NCBI GenBank assembly: GCA_903813345.2
Contig: CAIIXF020000001.1
Coordinates: 45,446,001-45,510,000 of the forward strand
DNA length: 64,000 nucleotides
DNA from: Owenia fusiformis
Taxonomy: Eukaryota
Reading direction: 5' to 3'
Shown: one piece after another, positions 1-12,900 of the stretch
Layout: each line of letters starts with the position of its first letter
How positions within the stretch are numbered: the first letter of the stretch is position 1
Position numbers and translations under genes: made by a program
The notes under the pieces: generated by a model
Database searches by the model: none
What the model was told of the DNA's origin: nothing
The model's input: only the letters and a program-made list of their open reading frames with translations

Positions 1-500
1 AAGCTTCGTGAGTTCGACCAGGTCTTGATTGTTGTTTTATAAACGACTGAACAATATCTAACTAGGGACAACATAGCGAAAACATCAAATTTATAGTTGA
101 GAAACCTAAAACATACACTCAAAATTTATTTCAGAGAATTTTCTGTGGCAGTATGCACTCCAAATTGTAAAAGGGGAATTTTGTTTTTATTGATATTTTT
201 TGACCCCTGCTAATGACACGCATAATTCAGCCCAAAAGTCCGAAGAATATTGAATGGCTATAGTAAAAAACAATACTGGACATAGGTATGTAAATATGAG
301 GTCAAATATCGCTGCACTATATTGTGTTACCAGCTCCTTAATTAGGCATCCTAGGAATTTCATATGGACTATGAGATCAATTGTTTTTTTATGAAAAAAC
401 TTCGATCCCAATATCCTGAAAAGCAGGACGTAAACAAAAAGGTCATATTCACCCCCCCCCCCCCCCCCCCATTTATCAGTTATCTGTTTGATAAATCTTT

Positions 501-905
501 TTATCCTACACTTAGTGTACTAAATGTATAATAACATTAAAAAATAAATTTGATATTTATTGGCAAAATGAATATCCGGAGGATATCGTAACGATATACT
601 CCGGGCGGAGGATATCGTGACGATATACTCCGGAAAACCCAATATGCGGAGGATATTGTGACGATATACTCCGCTTGTTGATTTTCCGCCTCATTGGCAT
701 GAAATTCATTTTGCAATGATATTATACATTTAGTACACTCCTTGTAAGTGTAGGATAATAAGAACATCCTATGATTTTTTCAGAATATCATTTTAATCTA
801 CTCGGTGATATTAATATGCACTCGTTCGCTTCGCTCTCTCGTGCAGATATCAATATCACCTCGTAGATAAAAATGATATTCCTCAAAATCATAGGATATC
901 CTATA
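501..905. repeat. Double-hairpin non-autonomous element (Crypton-like?), copy 1
   Basis: Reverse complement of 13501-13918 with few differences. It has internal inverted pairs (501-533/721-760 and 766-815/847-898) and three copies of CGGAGGATATCGTGACGATATACTCCG. Confidence 0.85.
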
Positions 906-919
906 AATATGATACTTAC

Positions 920-3900
920 TTATTGTCTGAGTTCTCGAACCAAAACCTGTCTCCATCTCTTATCCTTTTGAATTGTTCCTTAATAACCGCTTTGAAGAAA
1001 GGACCCGGTCCACTAGGTCCGGACTCCATCAATCCAGCTGGAAATATGTCCAGTTTATCCAGGCTACCGTTGTAAATACGACGCAGGTTTTCGATAGGCT
1101 GGAAATACATTATCGAATAGCAGTGAACCATTTTGCATATCCGTTTTAATTTATCATATCTTGTGGGATACATTTTGGATCAATTGAATTTGAGAAACTG
1201 GGAGTACCTCTGGGTTTGTGTGGTAAAGGTATGGGTTGATGTCTTCCCATTTCGTTATTGGTTCTAATCCAAACACCTTTCTAGCTGTATTAAAGTCGGC
1301 CAGTCCATTGTCTCGACCCCTCATGATAGTTAACACACCAAGGTCCTGTCTACTAGAAAACTTTGGCCCAAATAATTTACCTGAAAAAAATGTTTGAAAA
1401 GTACAATACTTTAAAAAGTATTTATAGTTCACTGTTTGTGTATTGATTCTGTGGTGTTTGCCTATTGATGTTTCCCAAATATATATAAATGCCGATTGTT
1501 TTTTTAATCAGTCTGTAACCAATGAAAATGTACCTCGTAAGTCTGTGACCAGGATGTTATCTTCTCTCTCCCCTATTTGGGAAGAAAGTCCCATCAGAAC
1601 CTCATCAAATCCAAGTTCCTGTATACACTCCTAAAATAAGGTATCCTGATAGTATCGTATAGCCGTGTATAGTGGCCTGACAAGCGAAATGCAATAAGTA
1701 GAACCAAACTATCTATTGACATGTCTCTTTTTGATTTTCATAAAATTTCGTTTTTCATTTCGGGGATAATGTTTACATAGTACTATTTATCATATGAAAG
1801 ATTACGGTATTTGTGAACAAATCATTCTGTTTCATTTGGACTTTAACATATGTCCATATTGAGGCCTCACATATATTGCGTTGTATTGAACTAATGTCAT
1901 TGGTTCTAATTGCAAGCGATATTATATGATACTATAATTTGCATGCATATGATTTTATGTTAACCTACTTGCGAGTCCCAATAAGTGTTACAAAGACGCA
2001 GTGCAGGACCGTGCTTCGTTGTTCTAAACCTGCATTTATAATCTCTACAAGAACAAAAAATTGTAATATTGGGTGTTCTATAATAACAAAGCTATCACTT
2101 CTATATATATGACACAAAAAATCACTTCAAAGAATCGAGGAAAAAATTTCAAATCACTTGACATAAAACATATAGAAAAATAGGTGAAGTATACCAAAAA
2201 CCAAACATATCAAAAGGTACAGACGGTAACAATTAAGTAATTGTACTGCAAGATATAAATATTCAAATAGACTTTTAACGCTATTAGAATTAAAAAATAC
2301 CAACTAAAATTATTTATTTAGACTATTTGAGTCTAAAAACACTATTCCAAGATTTTGGGCTAGGAGTTGCTCATTATGAATGATGCACAGCTTGTGTAAA
2401 ATAGTTTCTTACTCAGTCAAAGATTAGCTAGCCTTGCCCAAGTTGGTCTCTTTTACTTATCTTGATTTCTATAATGGTAATAATTCAAGACTAGATAATT
2501 AAAAAATACCGACTTGGGCAAGGCTAAAGATTAGCAAAAAATATGGAATAAATATCTAAAGTTGTCACTCTCTCAAAATGATTGGAACATTATCGAAAGA
2601 ATTAACAAACCAAGTAATTATCTGTAATTCCCATGTAAAAAAGTCCTTCGTAGATGTTTAGCAACTAATATAAATGTGTGGACTAACATTTGCACCTTTT
2701 GTAAAGCAAATCCTGAAACGATTTGCCATATTGTGTATGATTGTACTATTGTAATTGCTTTAATGACATTAAACAATGGCTCCCATTAGAGCTAACAATC
2801 CTATGTACTAAACAAAATGTATTGATCAGACCTGATGGGATGGTCTGACCTCATGGGTTGCTCAGAGAGAGTTTAAATGATAAAACATTCATTTAAACAT
2901 AAATATCCCGTGCTTATACCAACATTTAAAGGGTTTATCAGTAATGTAGAATAGATAATTGGTGATAATTGGAATTTCGCATAAAAGTCTTGAATTCTGT
3001 AGTGTAAACAAAAAAGTATTGTAAACAAACTGTATAGAAGTTGCCTTTATATTTTTTCTCTGAAATAAAAACTAATTAATAAGATATTTACAATGCTCTT
3101 GGTATACTATGTATATCCTATGAGGGTGACATGAGATCGGAGAAAGAATTCCATCATAGTAAATGTGATCGAGTCATTTGATAGCATACCTGATGTATAT
3201 TCCAGGGGGAACCATGGTATGAGGGAAGCGAAATGCAGCAGCCTCAAACACACTGCTAATTGTAGGGGGAATGTGACTCTGATAACCTAAAATATAAATA
3301 CTGCTGATTTTAGGGGTAGCAATGGATAAACAACAAGTCCTGGGTATTAGGTAGGAAAGGTAATGACAAAGGGACGAATGGTTTATCTAACTTTACCACA
3401 CTGAATCCTATTAAGGTGAATGGTCCATGATCCAATTTTAGGTAAACTGAATTTCTTTTGTATTGACATTAAGGAAAGTGTGTTGATAAATGAGTGGGAT
3501 GTTAATTGTCAAGGTTCAGTGCACTGCGTGTCACAGGCCAGGTACAGTGTAAAATTTTCTTTCTTTTGCGTTTTCTATTCAATTATTGAATGAGTGAATG
3601 GTGGTGTAATGTTCAGTCCACTGCATGTATTCCAGTCCAGGTGTAAGTATTGGGCATAGAAAGAGCTGAGTTGTAAGAAAGCATAAGTTGTTTTATTTTA
3701 AAGAATACAAAGTAACAAAAGAAGAATAACCCCTGGCGTTTCCAGAGTTGGAGAGGTGCAGTAAATACCTTATTAAGGTACCTTATTATAGGCCATTCAA
3801 ATAAGGTACCTTATTATAGGCTTATTCAAAAGAATCGAGAGGGAGGTGTATTAGAATCTCAAAAAGTAGGCCAAATGAGGTCAAAAGTATGTCAAAGTAA

Positions 3901-6900
3901 CACAGGGGAGATTTTTTGGTGTATTATTTATTTCTTCATTAAAACAACATATAATATTTCGTTAGGGAGAACGGGGTGATAAATGGGATAGATGAACATC
4001 GGATCTACATTTCCAAGACAAAAAAACGTGAATACCATTCTTAGATCCGTAGATAGGTAATTTGGTCTGGAATGTGAAGAAATCATTGGGTTAGGGGACA
4101 CAAAACACAGTCTAAAACCAATAATACTGATTAAATAATTCTTTTGTAAGTAAACATCCTAGACAATACCCTTGGCTATATCATACTATTTTCCTCATAT
4201 CTATTTCATACCAAAAGTTTTAATTTCGTACGGCTACTCATTTTACTAGAGCACTGAAAATGTGTTTCTTTTCGCATTATCAACATTATATAACCTCCAA
4301 AACTAATAAATAAATAAGCAGATCGTTACCTAATTGCAGTTTTTTCTTGAATTATAGGGGCCAAATGAAATACAAATTACTGCGATCTCATATTTATATT
4401 GACCTATTTTAGAATCTGAGTTAGAAACTGCGCCACTTGAATATTAACACGCTCTACAATTACAGGGTGACTCCTGGTTTCCGGCAGTTTTATTTGGGAT
4501 ATAACGGGAGCGTCATTTGGGATATAACGAACACATTACACATTTCGTTTATGTGAACTATTTAATAATACAACCATAGAGGTCAATAACAAAGCATTAC
4601 ATATCTACATTCTATGATGATCAACCCACTTGATTAATTAAATACCATAGTAACACAAGGGTTATAATAGAGATTATTGGACTAGGTTACTGTAATACTA
4701 TAATACACAATAATAACCGTTGCAGGATCCAGCTAAATAATTTACGCAAGGGGAAGTCATACGTCGATATATAATTATCAATTTGCACTCAGTGGTCATT
4801 TTGATTACTATTACAATACTTTTTAAAATGGTTAGATGTTATCCTGTTCCTTGATGAGATTACATGATAAGTATTAAGGGTCGATGATATTCAATGATTC
4901 ATATGACACCGACTACAGATGATAATTCGAAAGAAGATGATGGAACGAAGTAATTAAAGTGCCTCAAAGGACTAAAACAGATGGAAAAAAGATTGGAAAA
5001 TGTTTCTCTGTGCATTCCTCGCCCTTGAAAGTAACTTTGGAGTACGTACATATAACGATTGCATTTACTTCTCAAGGACTACAAATCACGCCGGTTGGTA
5101 ACGGACATGTTGACACCCTCTATACTCAACAATGGTGTATTGGGCAGAGTATCAAAATATAGCAAACTGGGTATGGCTCATTTGGTCACCGATATCTTTG
5201 ACTCTTGGAACATTAGGAAATATTCTAGCCTTTATAGTTATGAGGAGGAAAAACATAAGAGGAAGTTCGAGTAGCGTCTACTTTGCCTCTATCTCAATTG
5301 CAGACACTCTGGTACTCTTTGCGGGAATTATACCAACATGGGTAGGTGAATTGACGACAGTATTTGTCTTTTTATTAAACCAATGGACATGTAAGGTGTT
5401 CTTTTTCTCCTTATTTTCTTTTGCAGACATTGCAATATGGTTGCTTGTTGGGGTCACTCTAGATAGATTTGTCGCTGTGTGCTTTCCACATAGTGCAAAG
5501 CGATGGTGTACGCGTCAAACCGCTTCGCGCGTGTGTCTGGTGATTCCAATAGTTGCAATTTTAAAGAACACGCATTTGTTTTGGACAAAGGGGAACCAAT
5601 GGGAGGCTGTTGGTAATGTAACCTCGTTGGTGTCTGTATGTGGTCATCCATCACCAGCGTATGCTTACTTTGAGACATATGTGAGACCGTGGATAGCAAT
5701 GGCCCTTTACGCCTATATCCCTGTGATCGTGGTTGTCATATGCAACTTGAGTATTGTACTACGACTAAGGAAGTTAAGGAAAAAGATCAAACCAGACACA
5801 ATTGTTTCAGACCGAAATCAACCCAAAATAAAATCTTCAATGACAATAATGTTCATTTCTGTTTCCTTGGTGTTCCTCATACTAGTGGTTCCAAGTATAA
5901 CTGTGATTGTGTCTCAACCAATATGGGTGAAGACAGACGAAGATAAGGCCGTCAGTAAATTGCTAAGCGCAATCACGGAGAATATGGTGTATGTCCACCA
6001 TGGGATCAACTTTTATCTATATTGTCTCACTGGCAAACGTTTCCGTGCAGAGGTAATGACATTGTTTAGGTCGAAGAAACAGTATAACATGTCAGCTGAA
6101 GAACCAACTAATGCAGTTCAAGAATCGTAATTAAGATGTGAAATACATGCAACCGATAAGGAATGTTTAAAAGTATATGACAATACCCTTTGTACAAAAC
6201 ATTACCTGAATATGACTCGGTGTCCTCGTAAAGTAGTGCCGGTAACCACTCGTACATTACAATATTCTGAAGTGACGCAATCACCCACTTTCTGGCGGCT
6301 TCAAACACCTTCTGGTCGCTCCAAGATGGTTGTTTAAGTTGTATCGTGTGCGCCAGGTAGTTGTGATACCTGAACCAAAGAATACTTATGCTCAACAGCG
6401 CTGGATTTTGGTGTCCTACTCTACTACCAAGCACTGGAAAATATGTTTAATGGTATATTTTATCTGTTGTTGTATGTGCTTTGTGACAAAATCTAAGAGG
6501 ATGTGATGTCAATATTTTTACGACTGTGCTGGTGTTTGGTGCCAATGCTGCTATTCCCCACCACTTATTATTATTCATTTATTAACCTGTATTTAAACAG
6601 AGTAGTACAAAACATATAATATACAGTTATGGTGGATCGAAACATATTTACAGTTTAGTGACACCTTGTTAATTACAAGAGATCAGATGCATCTATAGTG
6701 TGTTTCACTAGTATGTTAATTGCCAGCATATTGGCTGACGAGCTTTGCTCTTTTGATATACATTACATGGATGATGTTCGAAATACCAGCCATGTCTGAA
6801 TAAGTGACGTTGCCATTAAAATTAAATATGATATTCTTATTGTCCGTCAAGCCATTGCCACTGTACTTGTCCAATATTTTATTAATTTGATGCGTTCATC

Positions 6901-9900
6901 AGAAAAATTCGTACACGAAAATAAAAAATGATCCAGAGTTTCAATCTCAAACATGTCACAAAGGAAGCAGGTGCTATTAATACCATCATTTTTTACTCTA
7001 AAATCGTGACTGTCCGTCGTGAATTTGCCCATATTATCACAGTCTTGTCGAAAAAGGTCTACAATTTTTGTTGACACCATAATTTATTCTCAGTCTTGAA
7101 TTTCAAAGAAATTACAAGACTTAAACAAACATGCCTCAAATTCGATTTTGTGCAAAATTTTGTATTTTTTGTTTAATGTACACCAGAAAAGTTGAAGGTA
7201 ACAAAAGATGAGCAAAAAGGTCGCTGTCGACAGATTCTATTTCTAAAACAACATGATCGGATGTCACAATATGGGACGCTTACTAGAATTCATCCTTTAT
7301 GAAATAACACATCCATCTACCTTTGTCCAGACGAAAAGTATAATTGTCAAATATTGTTTAGGTTATGGGCGTTTAAAGACGAAAAATTATTCAAAATGTA
7401 ACGTGTCGACAGTGAATATTTTCAAAAACAAACGCACAAGAATTGTGAAAGGAGTGTACTTGATTTGAAAACTTCATTATATCAGCTTTAAAATGATATA
7501 TTGCTTTAATTAGAGTATTATCTTATATTCCGAAAAATTAAAGTTACATTCATGCGATACTCTAAAAATACAAGTGCGCCACCGTTTTGCGACGTGTCAA
7601 TGGTTTCTTCAATTATCCTCCCTCGTCCTAATATAATAACATATTCTGTTAACTAATTAGAAATTGCTTAGATTCTTTTTAAAGTATTTTGTATTTTTAG
7701 CACAGGATTCTCAACCATAGAAGAATCATAAAATAGTTGGCATGATTGTTTCTTTATCTACGTGACAGAATACCAATATAGGTTGGCAGAGGTGTCAGAA
7801 TTGAAATAAATGTACATGTAATGGACATACACAATTGGAATTCTTGAGACCTTACTTCAGGGAAGAGATGTCAGACAATTAGACTAGGTGTTTTATTGAA
7901 TTTTTTAATGTAAAACATGTATGAGCTTATAAATTGTATGATTTGTTGCACAATACATCATATAAGTGATATTAAAAATTGTAACAATGTTATATTGATT
8001 AATTTGTCACGCCAGTTGTACTAATTAATTATGATTATTACTCAGTTTGCAATGATCTGCACGTGCATCATGATGTACGTTTCTCCATATACCAGAAACA
8101 CATACTGGGGTCAACGGGATGGTCGGATGACTTCAATTGGAAAACGTATATCGACAGATTACTCATGGATAAGTTCCTCACAAAAACACACACAATATAT
8201 GTAATCCATTATATGATCCTTTTAGATATCTAATTATTCATTAATAAACGGCATGTCGTACATTTACAAATGCGTTTTTATTGTAAAACCTACTCACTCC
8301 ACATTTTCTCAGGGTTCTTCGCCTCATTTGTCATCGAACCCATGTTGTAACCAACCAATGGCAATCCTATATCGTTGTTGGCTGGATAGAAATTGTTTGT
8401 CTGAACCAAAAGGGTTCCATTCTTAAAGGACCTCAGACAATTTGCCCAGACATTTCCCGTACCATAGATGGAGCTGCCATCAATCCAACTGGTCACGTGA
8501 TTGAGCTTGACGTAACAAAAATATATGCAAATGTAAAGCTGCTACACATGGACTAAAATATGGATTAATGGACGAAATGTAAGGAACCCTTTACCTTTAG
8601 ACTTGAATTAAATCACTGACTAAGATAATATCATGATAACATCTGCACGTATAATCTCTTATAGCCTTGCTTCATGCATCGTAATTAAAGAAAGATAACA
8701 ATTATATTTTTGGCAATCGTTGTGTCTTTACACCAGTTTGGTTAAAGTCCCCATGCATATTTAGAAACTATGTTCATTTACTATTTTCATGACACTTTTA
8801 AAAAAAAATATTGAGAAAAAGGTTTTTCTCAAATATTCAAATATCCCGCCATTTTTCAAATAAAAAATGTTTTAATTATCGAATATTCCACAATGCAGTG
8901 CAAAACACATTATCGTTTTAACAGAATTGCAAAGATTGAACGAAGGAAAAACTATTCCAATAATAAAATGTCTAATGTGCCACTTCAGTGTAATTCAAGG
9001 CTTACCTGCCGTCGAGGTCTATTAGGAGACATGCCGGTTTTTTGATCGTATGAAGATCTAAGAAAAGGCAATGTTTTGTCACCTTCACAATCTGGGTCAA
9101 AGTCGCTATCACATTTTGGTACAGGTACCTTAATGAGTTCAATTGGACAAGTGGATTCCTCACTGGAGCGCACTATTTCAGATGACACTTGTTGTCCTAA
9201 AACGAGACACGTGTAGTTATACCAAACATTGTCTAAGAAGTAAAACACAAAATGCTCTATGTCTAATTCTAAGAGCTTTTTGTTGGAAAATTTAATTGCT
9301 GATGACATTGACAGCCACGAAGTGCAAATGTTATGTTTCATGGTTTGATAATATTACATGACGTGTTATTATTTCATTATTTGGTTAACCATTTACAAGT
9401 GAGAACAATTCAGATGGTTATATACAAAGCCATGACAAAACTAAATGTTAATGGTACATAGTATGTTACTCTCTAGTATATGGTATCATTCTAAGTCGAA
9501 GACACTTAGCCAGGAGGGGAGATTTAGAGGGTTCGAGGGAACCCCCGACTTGGACAAAAAATCTTTCAAAATCATGCAGTTTTTCACCATTTTGAGCACT
9601 TTTCAAATGATTTTGGGCCAATGTTGTCAAATGTGAGCACCTGGCATTTCTAAGACGATAAACATATTCACGTTTAACATAATGCACTTGCAGGCCAGTA
9701 CGTACATACCGAAAAAAACAAATAGTGCTGTTCTGTTGATATATGAAGGCAACCCACTTGGACCAGCGAAAACAGCATTACTTATCTCTCTTGCATTCGG
9801 CCGATCTTCACCGGACATGTGGTATGTAAAGTCTGCATAGGCTGTTGGTATCTTTGTCATCAAGGCACTCTCTATAAAATATATTTTCAAGTCATGAACT

Positions 9901-12900
9901 TTAAATTCAGAAAGAAACGAATATGATTCCCGATAAGTATGGTATGTATTGTTAGTTGTGTTTTCCTCATGCTATTTTTGCTCCTCCAATGCTCAACAAA
10001 CGTTTCGAAACAAAATTAAATTATAAGATGCATTTCAAAAATACAAAATTGCAGCAAATTGTTTCATACCCTGAATAGTACCAGCAATATTGAAATATTG
10101 ATTTAGATTTGACTTAATTGGGACCGAAGACTAATATTGACATTTCACGACTGCATTCATGGCCTGAGGGGCCGGGGAGCTCGATGTGTTTCCAAAAGGT
10201 CATTGCATGCACCTCACTTTTGCCTTTTTACTTCTCGGAAAGAGTTCGCTGCTGGAATAAGGACAGTTGAGCAACGTGTGTATGTGTAGGAATATATAAG
10301 CGCAAATGCCAAAGGAAAAAAGGGGGTAGGAAATGCCAGTTGTGCTTCCTCTGGTGTGTTCAAGCGTTAACATCAGCTACCTCTAGTCAGATCGACTAAC
10401 AAAACAACTATTGTTTGGGTTGTCAAGTTGGCTGAGAGGGCTTGAGTGCCAGTACGTTGTTCATGCTAGGCGATTGGGCGCCGTAACCACGAGGTTGCGA
10501 GTACGAGACGCGTGTGCTCTTTGTGTTTATTCATTTTTAGATTTTGCACATATTATCTGGCATGTAATAATGAGTGCACATACCAAACATCATGTCTCAT
10601 AAATGAAAATAGTTAATTTTATCATATACATTTTGATTTGGTAGCATGGCCATTGACGGATATAGTCCTGAGTAAGGACATTAGCGGTTACCGTGATTTG
10701 GTTTTCTGAATAAAAAGTCATTTTCTTTCCCTACCCCATTGGAGCGCCATCTGGCGTTTGGGAAGTGAATCGGGACTAAATATTTATAAGGTAGGTCCTA
10801 GTTTATCTGAAAACATGTCAGAGTTCAGTGGGAAATCTCAGTTTAAGCTGGCGGCGGAGTGATTTTGACCTTGGTGATTTTACCAGAATTCTCTGAGAAA
10901 TCTGACGATAGAGGGGGTAGGTGTCTTCAAGTTTATTTCAAAAATTCGGTGGACAACCCATGGTAAGATTGTTATAGCAGGCTAGGCGAGTCTCTCCCGA
11001 ACACTGTGGTATGTTGCACTAGGCGTGGATACTAATTGTTAATAAGATACAGGGTAAAATGTTATAATGGCCACCTATGGGAAACTCACTGTAGTCTCCA
11101 GCAACCGACACAGAACATGTAACGTCACATTTAACTTTAATTAGGAATCTTTATTTCTGAGCATATCACTTCTGCAAACGATATAATATTTATATCGAGC
11201 AAGCACTCTTGGCCCATGCCCAGTATACAATATTCACTGCAAAGTTGTATCTCCTCCAATGCATTTTTATTGTTGTTTAGCCACCCATTTTTTGAAAACA
11301 TTTGTTTGGCCAATCTTATCTTATTTCAATCTGGCTGCCCTTACAGTTTTCTCATTGGAATGAAAATGTTGACTCGTTAGGAGACCAACAGCATAGAACT
11401 GTAGTTCAAGTTCATTTGGTGAATACTGAGCAAGGTCTACATTTTTAAATCATAGACTACTCTGCATTCTGTCCATTCTCTGTGTACTGCATTGCAGTAT
11501 GACATTGATGTTGCTGCGTTGGTAACCAGGATTTTGAGAGCAGGTACGCGAAGATCAAGCAAAACTAGGGTCCGGGGCATGCTCCCCGGATAATGTTTGA
11601 TTTTAGACCTAGATGGTGTGTTCTGAGAGATATCAGACTGTGTCTTGAAGAGAAGTAGTCAAAGAAAGATCATGAAACAAAATATTTGGCTTTACTTTTT
11701 TTTGTTTACAACAAATTTTTGGGCTCTATCATTTAGGGTACGCAAGTGCGTATGCCTGGTTACGCGCCTGCTTCCTATTTCCACAAAATCTGTTTTTCTG
11801 ATGACGTTTTTAACTTTGGCAGACTTTCCAACTCATGGAGATCCCACACTATATGTCTTTAAACTAGGACTATCATGATGCCATTCTATAAATGAACCAT
11901 ACTATGAATGTAACCACTATACAGGACATATTTAAAATTATTTAAATTACCAACTGGCATACGTTTAAATGGAGAATACATAGCTCAAAATTATGTGAAC
12001 CCCCATCATATTATACATCGTTTCAAAATCGAGTAGAAATTGATGTATGTGTCAACACACCTGTGACCAAGTTGCTATGCATGGCAACCATTATTTCATT
12101 GTTTGGAAGTCATGAGCTTTAAGACTTCGAAAATTTAAGCAAGACTCCTTAAAACTAGACCTAGTGTCATAACTGAGTGAACACCCTGTATAACTTTCAT
12201 AGTGAAATATATCATTGCTTCTATTTCTATTTTCGGATACTTACTTACAGACCCCCAGTCTGGGAAAGCGAGATTATTGTACCACCCATCGAATCTCTGT
12301 CGGTGACCAGCTGAAACATTTTTGAAACATGTAACAAACGTTTAATTACCCTGCGCGCAAAGTCAGACGTACTATGCGCGAGAGTCTAGCTATAAACAAT
12401 ATATATTATATTATCCCATACTTGGACGTGTTACAGGTACATAAAGCCGGTTTGTAAAAACTTATATTTTCATCAGCGGGCAGATATAGCTTTACGTCCC
12501 GCTCCGAGCGGGCAGATATAGTATATCTGCCCGCTACGTCATAATCGCCGTTCCCATATTGGTTCATTCTTTGTAACGTTCGCATACTGTAAACGACGAG
12601 AAACTGGAGAAAAACGCAGACAATCGCGATCTGTTTGATGCTTTAAAGAAGGGAAGAAGCAGTATGTCCTGTTCATAATCAAAGATTCGTACAAGAAAAT
12701 CCGGCTACGGACTAGAATACAAAACTGGACATGAATATTCTAAAATAATTCCACGGTTGGTTGCAAAGTTTCTGAACTGTGGCCAATTGCAATTAAACGA
12801 TGTGAACCAACTGACCAAGTTTGGCATGGGATAAACAGATCATCCTATAGTCGGTTCAGGATATTTGGATTATCCCTTGGCCAATATAATATATCTACCC

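Noticed and set aside
578..674. Three 27-bp palindromic repeats resembling a mini-CRISPR array
   Set aside because: The gaps are only 2 and about 14 nt, and the array is internal to a dispersed repeat.
537..767. ORF repeated at 13700-13882, suggesting a small gene family
   Set aside because: The similarity comes from the duplicated non-coding element, and the N-termini differ by an indel frameshift.
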